This document shows, in pieces, positions 46,674-57,078 of a stretch of DNA of 64,000 nucleotides. The notes under the pieces were generated by a model. That model was not told the origin of the DNA, ran no database searches, and saw only the letters and a list, made by a program, of their open reading frames with translations. The translations under genes and the position numbers were made by a program. Every line of letters begins with the position of its first letter. Positions within the stretch are counted from its first letter, which is position 1. This DNA is from Candidatus Levyibacteriota bacterium (GTDB taxonomy: Bacteria > Patescibacteriota > Microgenomatia > Levybacterales > UBA12049), in assembly GCA_016199085.1 (NCBI GenBank), contig JACQHJ010000001.1, positions 72,477-136,476 on the forward strand, read 5' to 3'.

Positions 46674-47491
46674 AAATTATTAGCGTTGGCGACATAGGTA
46701 TTGATGAATATGTAGATCTCGGTATTAAAAAACCAGGAGGAATTGCTTTTAACTTTGCTGTTAATGTTATTAAAAACAATACTGATTGTTCTTTGCTAAG
46801 TGTAATAGGGAAAGATCAAGAAGGAAAACAGCTAAAAAACCTATTGCACAGTTTAAATATTGATATATCTCATCTTCAGAAAGTAAATGGGAAAACAGCT
46901 AAGCAGAATATTGCGCTTAAAGAAAATGGAGAGAGAAAATTTGTTGGATACAATGCTGGAGTTTTTAATAAATGGCATCTAAGTAAAAAGGATATTAACT
47001 TTATTTTAAAACATAATGTTGTTTTTGTTTCCCTATCTGATGGGCTGGAAGACATAGTTCATGCAATAGCTAATTTACAAGGAAATATAACAAAAATAAT
47101 TGACTTTTCTCAGGATTATAAATTTGCTGATTTTGAATCTGAGGATAACTTAATCGCAAAACATTGTATTAATTTCGACATTATTTTCATAGGAGGAAAT
47201 GAAAAATTGATAAAGCGAGTTAAAACACTCGGTGCTAAATTTTCTGAGAAGTTATTTATTCTTACTCTTGGCAACCAAGGAAGTCTAGCGTTTCAAAACG
47301 ACAGATCTTATTTTCAAAAGGCAAAGAAAATAAAGAAGATTATTGATACAACTGGATGCGGTGATGCATTCCAAGCAGGTTTTGTTACTGCTTATTTAAA
47401 CAATAAAGATATTCAACAAGCTTTAAACTCTGGAGCAAAACAAGCAGAGTCTGTAATAACTCATATTGGCTCTACGGAATTAAATTTATAA
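46670..47491 (+). CDS. PfkB-family carbohydrate/nucleoside kinase
   Basis: DTTGCGDAFQAGFV PfkB signature 2 and an N-terminal GG-containing sugar-binding region. Confidence 0.8.
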   Translation: MKIISVGDIGIDEYVDLGIKKPGGIAFNFAVNVIKNNTDCSLLSVIGKDQEGKQLKNLLHSLNIDISHLQKVNGKTAKQNIALKENGERKFVGYNAGVFNKWHLSKKDINFILKHNVVFVSLSDGLEDIVHAIANLQGNITKIIDFSQDYKFADFESEDNLIAKHCINFDIIFIGGNEKLIKRVKTLGAKFSEKLFILTLGNQGSLAFQNDRSYFQKAKKIKKIIDTTGCGDAFQAGFVTAYLNNKDIQQALNSGAKQAESVITHIGSTELNL

Positions 47492-47493
47492 AT

Positions 47494-48369
47494 ATGGAAA
47501 CTATTAAACCAGTACCAGTAGAAATAGCTAAGGAAAATAAAGGTATCCTAAAAGTCAAAGAAACTCTTAAGAATGGAGGATGGGCATTCTTTGATGTTGA
47601 CGGAACACTTGAAGATACAAATGGAATTCCAATTGATCTTAATACGTACTTACAGTTACTAATATCTAATGGTGTTGAGTTAGGCATTTCTACCGGAAGA
47701 TGCCAAACAGACTTAATCAGGTTTTTTAGCAAAGTAGGTGATTCATATAGGCAGTTATTTAAGGGGTGGTTATTTTTGGAAGATTCACACGTAACTGTTG
47801 AGCCAGGCAATTCCATAAATGAAGCAGCAATATTGACTGACCCTAAGACTTTACAAGAAATGGAAATGTTTGAGAAGTTATTTACTTCTAGTTGGTTACC
47901 TTCGGAGGCTTTACCTGGTTGGGGTTTCTTGAAAAACTTACCTGCTCCTCCAGTTAAATTACCACAATATCCTCACTATGGAACAGTAGCTATTTGGGAG
48001 AAAGGACCTTATGAAAGTCCTGAATATGGATTAATGATGGTGTGGGCGTTAAATGCAGCAAGACAGTTAGGTATAGAGACTATAGAATTTTTAGAAACAG
48101 GTGACGGATCTCTAAGGCTACTACAAAAAGGAATTAATAAGGGAACAGGATTAAAAACATTGGTAGAAAGAGGAATAATAGATTTAAGTAGAACTGTTTA
48201 TTTTGGAGATGCAAATAATGATATTTCAGCAGCAGAGATAGTATCAAATGGCGGTGGAGCAGTAGTAGCGCTTGCAAATGCCACAAGAGGTTTCAAAAAT
48301 GTCTCAACACACGTAACATCACATCCAGCAGGATTGGGTGTTATAGAGGTTGTAAAACAACTGTATTAA
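47494..48369 (+). CDS. HAD-superfamily (IIB/Cof-like) phosphatase
   Basis: FFDVDGTL motif I and GDANNDISAAE motif IV. Confidence 0.7.
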   Translation: METIKPVPVEIAKENKGILKVKETLKNGGWAFFDVDGTLEDTNGIPIDLNTYLQLLISNGVELGISTGRCQTDLIRFFSKVGDSYRQLFKGWLFLEDSHVTVEPGNSINEAAILTDPKTLQEMEMFEKLFTSSWLPSEALPGWGFLKNLPAPPVKLPQYPHYGTVAIWEKGPYESPEYGLMMVWALNAARQLGIETIEFLETGDGSLRLLQKGINKGTGLKTLVERGIIDLSRTVYFGDANNDISAAEIVSNGGGAVVALANATRGFKNVSTHVTSHPAGLGVIEVVKQLY

Positions 48370-48439
48370 ATTCAACCTTACAGATCTGCAAATACAATAA
48401 TTTCTTCCTAAGTTCGGTGGGCCATGTTATAATTTCTTG

Positions 48440-48786
48440 ATGCAAGTTATTAAATCTAAAGACAAAAGCTGGGAAGAAAACCAGGGCACAGTAAAAAGAT
48501 TTTAATTGATGATATAGATAAAAATAATGTTGTAGTTCAAGAAGTTAAAATAAAGCCGCAAGAAAGTGCTAGGACACATTTCCATAAAATCCAAACAGAA
48601 GTATTTTATTTTCTCACCCATAACGGGTACTGGGTTATGAATGGAGAAAAAAGGGAATTTGGAATTGGAGATATCCTAATCATAGGACCAATGGATGAAC
48701 ATTGTGTGGTAAATAGAACAAATAAAGATTACTTATATCTTGCTTTTAAATATAACTACGATTCTAAAGATATCTACTGGAAATAA
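48440..48786 (+). pseudogene. cupin-domain gene split by a frameshift in an A5/T4 homopolymer near 48495-48505
   Basis: Frame 1 gives MQVIKSKDKSWEENQGTVKRF then a stop. The shifted frame continues LIDDIDKNNVVVQEVKIKPQESARTHFHKIQTEVFYFLTHNGYWVMNGEKREFGIGDILIIGPMDEHCVVN, a cupin beta-barrel pattern. Confidence 0.5.
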
Positions 48787-48806
48787 AATGATATAATTTT
48801 TGGGCA

Positions 48807-49157
48807 ATGGATGATAAGAAATTTAAACAGTTAATTTCAGAAGCTTTGGATTCACTTCCTAAAGAATTTGCCCAAAAGTTAAATAATATCGGAGTTGTCG
48901 TCGAAGATACTCCAACTCCGCATCAACTTAAAAAAGTAGGTCTTCCTCCCTGGGCTTTGTTATTTGGTCTTTATGAGGGTATTCCTCAGACAAAAAGAGG
49001 AGTATATTACAGCCATATTCCTGATAAGATTACTATTTTTAAAAATTCAATAGAAAGGGTTGCAAGAACAGAAGAAGAAATTAGGGCCCAGGTTAGGGCA
49101 ACCGTAATTCATGAAATAGGACACCACTTTGGATTATCAGATGAACAGCTAAAGTAG
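48807..49157 (+). CDS. small HExxH zinc-metallopeptidase-like protein (DUF1025-like)
   Basis: VIHEIGHHFGLSDEQ. Confidence 0.5.
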   Translation: MDDKKFKQLISEALDSLPKEFAQKLNNIGVVVEDTPTPHQLKKVGLPPWALLFGLYEGIPQTKRGVYYSHIPDKITIFKNSIERVARTEEEIRAQVRATVIHEIGHHFGLSDEQLK

Positions 49158-49181
49158 TTAGCGGATGGTATAATTACCTTA

Positions 49182-49520
49182 ATGATAATTACTAAATCTA
49201 CCCCATTTACAAAAGACGAAATAGAAAAACTAAAAGAATTGTTTGATATTTATATTAAAACAGTTATAGATATTAAGAAAAAAGTTTGCTCAGCTGGTTG
49301 TGATAGGCATTTTGATTCGGAAAAGATTTTGCTTTCCGAAGGCTCCAATCAATCTAATCTCTGGGGCGGAGGAATTGATCTTGAGACAAAAATTATTGAC
49401 TGCAATTCTTTCATAAATGTAAGACCGACGGATAAAAACACAAGCAATGAAATTCAGGATCCAAAGATAAGAGAAGAGTTTGAAGATTTAACTAAATATT
49501 TTTTTGGAGAAGTCTTATGA
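49182..49520 (+). CDS. hypothetical protein (112 aa)
   Basis: ORF only. Confidence 0.3.
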   Translation: MIITKSTPFTKDEIEKLKELFDIYIKTVIDIKKKVCSAGCDRHFDSEKILLSEGSNQSNLWGGGIDLETKIIDCNSFINVRPTDKNTSNEIQDPKIREEFEDLTKYFFGEVL

Positions 49521-49777
49521 AAAATAAAGCAATACTGGGAGCACTTTCAATGGATTTAAAAAGAGTAGCTTTGGGATACCATAGAGGGTCTAATTTAATG
49601 GCTGAAAGATTTTTTGAAGAAGCTTTAAAAAGAAGAGACGAAATTGATTTAACCGATTTAAAACCATATTTATTAAAATGTCTTAAAAAGATTGAGAATA
49701 TTAAAAATCAGCAAAATGACAAGGCGGCAGATGACGCTCTTTTATACAGCACTATTTTTCAGAACGCGGCAGTGTAA
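49517..49777 (+). CDS. hypothetical protein (86 aa), ATGA-coupled to the upstream ORF
   Basis: ORF only. Confidence 0.3.
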   Translation: MKNKAILGALSMDLKRVALGYHRGSNLMAERFFEEALKRRDEIDLTDLKPYLLKCLKKIENIKNQQNDKAADDALLYSTIFQNAAV

Positions 49778-49788
49778 TAACTTCCCTC

Positions 49789-49818
49789 TTGACAGCCTAT
49801 AAAGTTATGTGGTATAAA
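49789..49818 (+). promoter_or_regulatory. promoter TTGACA-18-TATAAA upstream of rpoB
   Basis: CCCTCTTGACA extended -35 context, as upstream of hrcA. Confidence 0.4.
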
Positions 49819-49922
49819 AATAATCACTCTATAGGGAATACAAATGGAAAAGGTTAGAGACCTTTGCCATTTTTTTGGCGTTATTACCTAAGTCCTATAA
49901 GAAACTAAAACTTAATTATCTG

Positions 49923-52900
49923 ATGGCTAAAAAGGGCAACACAAAAGACAATAAGGACAAAATTTTAGGCAGGATCAATTGGGGAAGAGAGTTCGAACTA
50001 CTCCCTAAGCTTGATCTTCTTACCATCCAAAGGCAGTCTTATAATTGGTTTCTAAGTGAAGGAATTAAACAAGTCCTTGCGGAGATTTCTCCAATCGATG
50101 ACTTTACAGAAAAAAACTGGACACTTGAACTTAAGGATTACAGACTTGGAAAGGTCTCAACAACTCCAGAGATCGCTCTTTCCAAAGGAGTAACCTACGA
50201 CGCACCTCTCTATGTAAACGCAACCCTCACCAATAAAAAAACAGAAGCAAAATACAACCAGGAAGTTTTTTTAGGCGATATTCCCCAAATGACAGTCAGA
50301 GGCACATTTGTCATTAACGGAATCGAAAGAGCAGTCGTAAACCAGCTGGTAAGATCACCTGGAGTCTTCTTTACAGCAACAGCAGATAATGTTACCGGAA
50401 AAACTCTTTATACAGCAGAGATAAGACCGGTTCACGGTTCATGGCTTGAGTTTACAACGACAAGACATGAAACAATCATGGTAAAGATTGACAGAAGAAG
50501 AAAGTTTTTGGCAACAGCTTTCTTAAGGGCTCTTGGTATTTCCTCAAACGAAGACCTCAAAAACAAATTCAAAGACTTGGAAAGTGATGGAAAAACCTCA
50601 TTTATTGAAAACACTTTGCTTAAAGACGAATCCCAAGACAGTAATGAAGCTGTAATTGAGATTTTCAAGAAAATGCATCCAGGAGAACCGGTAGTTTTGG
50701 ATAAAGTCAGAGAAAATTTCCTGGGAATGTTTTTCAATAACAGAAGATATGATCTTGGAACCGTTGGAAGATACAAGATGAATAAAAAACTTGCAACGGT
50801 TAACGGATTTAACGCTCCGGCTGAAGATACAAAGATTTTAACAACAGAGGATATTATCGGAACAATCGCCCACCTTATTCAGCTTGCCAGAAACGGTGAG
50901 GGAGTAGACGATATTGATAACTTGGCAAATAGACGCGTCAGATGTGTTGGAGAATTGGTTCAGACAACCGCTTTTAGAATAGGAGCCCTAAGACTTGAAA
51001 GAAGTGTTAAAGAGCGAATGAGTTTAATCCAGGCAGATCAGCCTATTTCAATTGCGGGACTTATTAATGCAAGACCTATTATGGCCTCCATTAATGAATT
51101 CTTCAGAACCTCACAGCTATCCACAATACTTGATCAAACAAACCCACTCTCAGAAATAGACAACTTAAACAGGCTTACGGTTATGGGAACAGGCGGAATC
51201 TCAAGAGAACGTGCAGCCTTTTCAATTAGAGACATTAACGCTTCCCAATACTCAAGAATCTGTCCTATCAGAAGCCCTGAAGGACCAAATATCGGGTTAG
51301 TTACATATCTTGCCCTTTATGCAAAAGTAAATAAATTTGGATTCCTGGAAGCACCCTACAGAAAAGTTACCCATGAAAAAGGAGCAGCCAAGGCAACCAA
51401 TGAGATTGTTTATATGGACGCAGATGATGAGAAAAACCACTATATTACCCATTTAGGAGTAGTTGGTGAAAACGCAAAAATAACAGATGAAAGAATCCCT
51501 GCAAGATACAAGGGAGAATTTATCGAAACAGACAGAGCAAACATCGAATTTGTCGATATTGTTCCAAGACAGGTTGTTGGATCTGCAGCTTCTTTAATTC
51601 CGTTTGTATCACATGATGAAGCAAATAGAGCTCTTATGGGAACTCACATGCAGTGCCAGGCAGTGCCTCTTCTAAAACCTCAAAGCCCGATTATAGGAAC
51701 TGGAATGGAAAAAACAGTTTCTGAAATGATGGGAAGAGTAATCTATGCTCCGTTTGACGGTAAGATTGAATACGCTGATGCAGATAAAGTCATGCTTAAA
51801 GGAAAAGGATCAAAAGAAGAAGTAACATACTTTGTTAACTCATTCCAGAGAACTTCCCAGGCAACGGCTTATACCCAAAAAACAGTTGTTAATACAGGAG
51901 ACAGGGTTAAAAAAGGAGATCTTTTAATTGACGGCCCATCATCTGAAAATGGGGAACTCGCTTTAGGCCAAAATCTTTTGATTGCCTATATGGCATTTGA
52001 CGGTTTAGGCTATGAAGACGGTATCGTTATCTCAGACAGACTTGTCAAAGAAGATGCGCTTTCCTCAATTCATATTGAAAAATACGAAGCAGCAGTTGTT
52101 GAAACCAAACTTGGTCCTGAGGAAACAACCAGAGACATTCCCAATGTCTCAGAAGAAGATTTGGCAAACCTTGATGAAGACGGAATCGTAGTAGTAGGAT
52201 CTGAAGTTGAACCGGGAGATATTTTGGTTGGAAAAATCGCTCCAAAAGGTGAAACAGAGCTTTCTGCTGAGGAAAGACTGCTTCGGGCAATATTCGGAGA
52301 ACAGGCAAGAGAAGTAAGAGACACTTCCCTTCGAATTCCACACGGAGAAAGAGGAACTGTCATAAGTGTAGCAATACTTGATAGAAAAAAGGGAGACGAG
52401 CTGGAGCCTGGAACAATCAGAAAGATAATTGTAGAAGTAGCCCAACTTCGACACGTTGTTATAGGAGATAAACTTGCAGGTAGGCACGGAAACAAAGGTG
52501 TTATCTCAAAAATCTTACCTGAAGTTGACATGCCACATCTTTCCGATGGAACACCTGTTGATATTATCATTTCTCCAATCTCGGTTCTTGCCAGAATGAA
52601 CCTTGGACAGCTTTTAGAAGCTCATTTAGGCTGGGCTGCAAGGCAGTTAAATCAAAAAATAGCCATGCCTGTATTTGAAGAAGTTGATGAGCAAAATATT
52701 GAAGAAGAACTCAAAAAAGCAGGACTCCCTGTTAACGGAAAAGCAATACTTTATGATGGAAGAACAGGCCATCCATATGAAAACCCGGTAGTTGTAGGGA
52801 TTGAATACGTTATGAAGCTTATCCACATGGTTGAAGACAAAACCCATGCAAGAAGTACAGGTCCATATTCCCTGGTTACCCAACAGCCTTTGGGAGGAAA

Positions 52901-53360
52901 AGCCCAAATGGGAGGACAGAGGTTGGGAGAAATGGAAGTCTGGGCGCTGGAGGCACACAGGGCAAGATATACGCTGCAGGAAATGTTAACAACCAAATCA
53001 GATGACGTAGTAGGTAGAGCCAAAGCCTTTGAAGCTATTGTTAAAGGAACGGATATTCCAACACCTAAAGTTCCGGAAAGTTTTAAAGTACTTATTAAGG
53101 AATTAAACGCACTAGGTTTATCAGTTGTTCCGGTTGGTGCAACCATAATTGACAAACCTCTTGACGAGCCAATCGAATCAATCGAAGAAGTTAAAAAAGC
53201 AACCGAAGAAGAAGCGGTTGAGGGTGAAGCAAAGGAGCTTGCAGCAGAACTCGGCGGACAAGAGGTAATTGACGATGCAACAGATTCAGCTGCATCTTCG
53301 GGTGTTGACGTTGCCCAGGCCGGAGCAGAAACCGTAGAAGGAGAAAAAGTAAATGAATAA
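49923..53360 (+). CDS. rpoB: DNA-directed RNA polymerase beta subunit (ATG at 49923 preferred over the upstream TTG at 49875)
   Basis: Conserved RpoB blocks throughout, e.g. GDKLAGRHGNKGVISKI and NLGQLLEAHLGWAA. Confidence 0.95.
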   Translation: MAKKGNTKDNKDKILGRINWGREFELLPKLDLLTIQRQSYNWFLSEGIKQVLAEISPIDDFTEKNWTLELKDYRLGKVSTTPEIALSKGVTYDAPLYVNATLTNKKTEAKYNQEVFLGDIPQMTVRGTFVINGIERAVVNQLVRSPGVFFTATADNVTGKTLYTAEIRPVHGSWLEFTTTRHETIMVKIDRRRKFLATAFLRALGISSNEDLKNKFKDLESDGKTSFIENTLLKDESQDSNEAVIEIFKKMHPGEPVVLDKVRENFLGMFFNNRRYDLGTVGRYKMNKKLATVNGFNAPAEDTKILTTEDIIGTIAHLIQLARNGEGVDDIDNLANRRVRCVGELVQTTAFRIGALRLERSVKERMSLIQADQPISIAGLINARPIMASINEFFRTSQLSTILDQTNPLSEIDNLNRLTVMGTGGISRERAAFSIRDINASQYSRICPIRSPEGPNIGLVTYLALYAKVNKFGFLEAPYRKVTHEKGAAKATNEIVYMDADDEKNHYITHLGVVGENAKITDERIPARYKGEFIETDRANIEFVDIVPRQVVGSAASLIPFVSHDEANRALMGTHMQCQAVPLLKPQSPIIGTGMEKTVSEMMGRVIYAPFDGKIEYADADKVMLKGKGSKEEVTYFVNSFQRTSQATAYTQKTVVNTGDRVKKGDLLIDGPSSENGELALGQNLLIAYMAFDGLGYEDGIVISDRLVKEDALSSIHIEKYEAAVVETKLGPEETTRDIPNVSEEDLANLDEDGIVVVGSEVEPGDILVGKIAPKGETELSAEERLLRAIFGEQAREVRDTSLRIPHGERGTVISVAILDRKKGDELEPGTIRKIIVEVAQLRHVVIGDKLAGRHGNKGVISKILPEVDMPHLSDGTPVDIIISPISVLARMNLGQLLEAHLGWAARQLNQKIAMPVFEEVDEQNIEEELKKAGLPVNGKAILYDGRTGHPYENPVVVGIEYVMKLIHMVEDKTHARSTGPYSLVTQQPLGGKAQMGGQRLGEMEVWALEAHRARYTLQEMLTTKSDDVVGRAKAFEAIVKGTDIPTPKVPESFKVLIKELNALGLSVVPVGATIIDKPLDEPIESIEEVKKATEEEAVEGEAKELAAELGGQEVIDDATDSAASSGVDVAQAGAETVEGEKVNE

Positions 53361-56300
53361 CAATATGGATAAGAAAAATAAAGACATAACAATTTTGGAT
53401 TTCAAATCCCTAAAACTTTTACTTGCCTCAAAAGAGGATATTATGAACTGGTCATACGGTGAGGTAACCAAGCCTGAAACGATCAATTACAGAACACTAC
53501 GTCCTGAAAAAGACGGTCTTTTTGACGAGCGAATATTTGGTCCTACGAAAGACTGGGAATGTTATTGTGGAAAATACAAAAGAATCAGAAACAGAGGCAT
53601 AATCTGTGATAAATGCGGAGTCGAAGTAACTTTATCTCGTGTTAGAAGAGAGAGAATGGGACACATAGCACTTGCTTGTCCGGTTTCACACGTTTGGTTT
53701 TTCAAAGGATCCTCATCTCCTCTTTCATTAATCTTGGATATGTCTCAAAAAGCACTTGAAGGAGTAATCTATTATGCTTCATATTTGGTAACCGATCTTG
53801 ACGATGAAAAGAAAAAGCAGGCTCTTAAAGATCTTTCAAAGACAATTGAAAAAAGAAAACAAGATATTCAAAAAGATATTGAGTTAGAAGAAAAAAATCT
53901 TGCCAAAGAAATGGAAGCAAAGAAAAAAGAAACTTCCAAATCAAAAGGCGAGCAAAAACAACTGATTGAGCAGGAAATTGAGCTTTCCAAAAGACAAAAA
54001 ATTGCAAGACTTGAGGAAAGAGCAGCAGCAGAAAGCAAAAAAATCGATGAAATCGAAGAAGCTTTGTCAAAACTTTTAAGAAGCCTTAAAGTAGGAAGCG
54101 TTTTATCAGAAGACGAATACTTTAAGATTTTGGAATACGATATTCCTATCTTTTTCACCATCAAAACAGGAGCTGAAGGACTTGCGGAATTAATCGACAA
54201 GATCGGAATTGCACAATTAATAGTTGATCTAAGGGAAGAGACTGCAAAAGCCAAAGGACAAAAATACTTTAAATTAATCAAAAGATTAAGACTTTTGGAA
54301 GCAATGAGAAAAGCAGGAGTTGAGCCAAAATCAATGGTTTTTGGAGTATTGCCCGTAATCCCGCCGGATCTAAGACCTATGGTACAGCTTGCCGGAGGAA
54401 GATTTGCAACTTCAGACTTAAATGATTTGTACAGACGTGTTATTAACAGAAATAACAGACTAAAGCATTTAATGGCATTAGGAGCTCCAGAAATAATCTT
54501 AAGAAATGAAAAAAGAATGCTTCAGGAATCAGTCGATTCATTAATTGACGCAAGTCAGCGAACCAATCAGGTCGTTGCCTCACCTTTAAGAAGCCTTTCA
54601 GATATGCTACGTGGAAAACAGGGAAGATTTAGACAAAACCTTTTGGGTAAAAGAGTTGATTATTCAGGACGCAGTGTTATCGTCGTTGGCCCTGAGCTTG
54701 AACTCTCACAGTGCGGACTTCCAAAAGAAATGGCTTTGGAAATGTTTAAACCGTTTGTTTTAAGAGAGGTAATTGTCAGAGGATATGCTCCAAACATTAA
54801 AAGCGCAAAAAGATTTATCGAAAAAAGAAGTCCAGAAGTCTTTGATATTTTGGAAGAAATAACCAAAGGACATCCGGTTTTACTTAACCGTGCACCAACG
54901 CTTCATAAACTTGGTATCCAGGCATTTTATCCTGTTCTAATTGAAGGATCTGCTATTTCACTTCATCCTTGTGTCTGTTCCGGTTACAACGCAGACTTTG
55001 ACGGAGATCAAATGGCAGTTCATATTCCATTATCTGCCAAAGCCCAGGAAGAAGCGGCAACTCTTATGATGCCAAAACATAACCTTCTAAAGCCTGCAGA
55101 CGGTGCTCCGATTACTTTGCCAAACAAAGAAATGGCTCTTGGAATTTTCTACTTAACTTCTGTTGATGAATCGTTGAGAAAAGAAGATCCAAAAAGCTTT
55201 TCAGATATAAACGAAGCATTTTTATCTCATGCAATGGGAAGAATAATGCTTCGAGAACCAATTCTTGTAAAGCTCGACAGAGTCTCGGTTGAAACAACCC
55301 TTGGTAGACTAATGTTAAACGAAAGGCTTCCTAAAGACGTTGGTTTTATCAACGATTCGATTAAAGCAAGCGGAATTAAAAAGATTATTACAAATGCGAT
55401 TAAAACACTTACTGCAGATGAAGTAGAAGCTTTGATTGATAATATTAAATCTCTAGGCTTCTACGGATCAACAGTATCCGGAATTTCAGTCTCAGTCTTT
55501 GACAATGAAATGGTTGAAGGAAAGAAAAAGTTTATCGATGAAGCAGAGAAAAAAGTCGCCGCAATTGAAGACGATTATCTGGCAGGTCTTATCACAAACG
55601 ACGAGAAAAAACGTCTTTCAAACCAAGTCTGGCTTGAAACAACTGAAACAATCGCAGATTTAACCTGGGATAACCTAAAAACTGGAAACGTTATAAGAAC
55701 AATTATCGATTCTGAAGGAGCAAGAGCCGGAAAAGAACAGTTAAAACAGTTGTCTGCTATGAGAGGATTAATTTTGGATCCATTAGGAAGAATCGTTGAA
55801 CTTCCTATTAAATCTAACTTTAGAGAAGGTCTTTCAATCTTTGAATACGTATCTTCCGCCAGAGGTTCAAGAAAAGGTTTAACAGATTCGGCTTTGAAAA
55901 CCGCAAACGCAGGATATTTGACAAGAAGATTGGTTGACGTATCCCATGATGTAATCGTTCGAGCCGATGACTGCCAAACAACTGAGGGAATTCTGGTAGT
56001 TGATAACGAACCGGGTAGAACTGCGGCTTTTGGTGACAGAATCTTAGGCAGAACTGCAGCTTCTAAGGTTGTTTCACCAAAAACAAAAAAAGAAATAGTC
56101 AAACAAAATGAAGAAATCACCGAAGACAAAGCCAAAGACATAGTCAAAGAGGGTGTAACAGAAATTTATATTAAAAGCCCTATTACTTGTAAACTGGAAT
56201 ACGGAATCTGTGCCACCTGTTATGGATGGGATTTCTCAACCAAGAGAAAAGTTGATCTTGGCGTTCCTGTTGGAGTAATCGCAGCCCAGTCTATCGGAGA

Positions 56301-57066
56301 ACCCGGAACCCAGTTAACAATGAAAGTCAAACATTTCGGAGGTATCGTAATGAGTGACGTTACACAAGGGTTACCAAGAGTTGAAGAGCTTTTTGAAATG
56401 AGAACTCCAAAAAGTCTTTCACCAATCTCTGAGATAACAGGAAGAGTAAGCATTGAAACGGGTGAAGACGGATATATCTTAAGAGTTAAAAGCGCAAAAG
56501 CAAAACCCGTTGAAGAAAAAGAATATTTTGTTCCTCTTGCTTCAAACTTAACGGTTGAAGACGGAACAGATATTTTGGCAGGAACACAGCTTGCAACAGG
56601 CTATTTGGATCCAAAAGAGGTCATAAAGATTAAAGGACTTATCGACGCACAAAGATATATTATAACCGAAGCCCAAAAAGTATACGAATCACAGGGAATC
56701 GGAATAAACGACAAGCATTTTGAAACAATTCTTCGAAAAATGTCTGATAAGGTTATTGTCGAAACAGTCGGAGATACGGCCCTTATTCCCGGTGATTTTA
56801 TTACCAAAACCAGATTTGAACAGATAAACGCAGAGGTCTTGTCCCAAGGAGGAGAACCGGCAACAGCCAGACAGACAATTTTAGGTATTACAAAGTCGTC
56901 ACTTTTCTCTGATTCATGGCTTTCCGCATCATCGTTTCAGGAAACAACCAAAGTCTTAACTGAGGCAGCCTTAGAGGGCGCAGAGGATAAGCTTGTTGGC
57001 TTAAAGGAAAATGTAATCATCGGAAGACTCATCCCGGTTGAAGGAACAACCCCTGATACGGTATAA
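53353..57066 (+). CDS. rpoC: DNA-directed RNA polymerase beta' subunit
   Basis: Zn-finger CYCGKYKRIRNRGIICDKCGVEV, NADFDGDQMAVH catalytic motif, trigger loop; overlaps the rpoB stop. Confidence 0.95.
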   Translation: MNNNMDKKNKDITILDFKSLKLLLASKEDIMNWSYGEVTKPETINYRTLRPEKDGLFDERIFGPTKDWECYCGKYKRIRNRGIICDKCGVEVTLSRVRRERMGHIALACPVSHVWFFKGSSSPLSLILDMSQKALEGVIYYASYLVTDLDDEKKKQALKDLSKTIEKRKQDIQKDIELEEKNLAKEMEAKKKETSKSKGEQKQLIEQEIELSKRQKIARLEERAAAESKKIDEIEEALSKLLRSLKVGSVLSEDEYFKILEYDIPIFFTIKTGAEGLAELIDKIGIAQLIVDLREETAKAKGQKYFKLIKRLRLLEAMRKAGVEPKSMVFGVLPVIPPDLRPMVQLAGGRFATSDLNDLYRRVINRNNRLKHLMALGAPEIILRNEKRMLQESVDSLIDASQRTNQVVASPLRSLSDMLRGKQGRFRQNLLGKRVDYSGRSVIVVGPELELSQCGLPKEMALEMFKPFVLREVIVRGYAPNIKSAKRFIEKRSPEVFDILEEITKGHPVLLNRAPTLHKLGIQAFYPVLIEGSAISLHPCVCSGYNADFDGDQMAVHIPLSAKAQEEAATLMMPKHNLLKPADGAPITLPNKEMALGIFYLTSVDESLRKEDPKSFSDINEAFLSHAMGRIMLREPILVKLDRVSVETTLGRLMLNERLPKDVGFINDSIKASGIKKIITNAIKTLTADEVEALIDNIKSLGFYGSTVSGISVSVFDNEMVEGKKKFIDEAEKKVAAIEDDYLAGLITNDEKKRLSNQVWLETTETIADLTWDNLKTGNVIRTIIDSEGARAGKEQLKQLSAMRGLILDPLGRIVELPIKSNFREGLSIFEYVSSARGSRKGLTDSALKTANAGYLTRRLVDVSHDVIVRADDCQTTEGILVVDNEPGRTAAFGDRILGRTAASKVVSPKTKKEIVKQNEEITEDKAKDIVKEGVTEIYIKSPITCKLEYGICATCYGWDFSTKRKVDLGVPVGVIAAQSIGEPGTQLTMKVKHFGGIVMSDVTQGLPRVEELFEMRTPKSLSPISEITGRVSIETGEDGYILRVKSAKAKPVEEKEYFVPLASNLTVEDGTDILAGTQLATGYLDPKEVIKIKGLIDAQRYIITEAQKVYESQGIGINDKHFETILRKMSDKVIVETVGDTALIPGDFITKTRFEQINAEVLSQGGEPATARQTILGITKSSLFSDSWLSASSFQETTKVLTEAALEGAEDKLVGLKENVIIGRLIPVEGTTPDTV

Positions 57067-57078
57067 TACATTACTTTT

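Noticed and set aside
49875-49922. TTG start for rpoB at 49875 (and TTG at 13981 for nusA)
   Set aside because: These extend into or abut the predicted promoter and transcription start; the downstream ATGs (49923, 14020) give conserved N-termini.
52070-52570. Several minus-strand ORFs of 98-213 aa inside rpoB, rpoC and the rpoB/rpoC junction (e.g. 52070..52570, 52751..53392, 55575..56147)
   Set aside because: Antisense to strongly conserved rpoB/rpoC coding sequence; no motifs; typical shadow ORFs.
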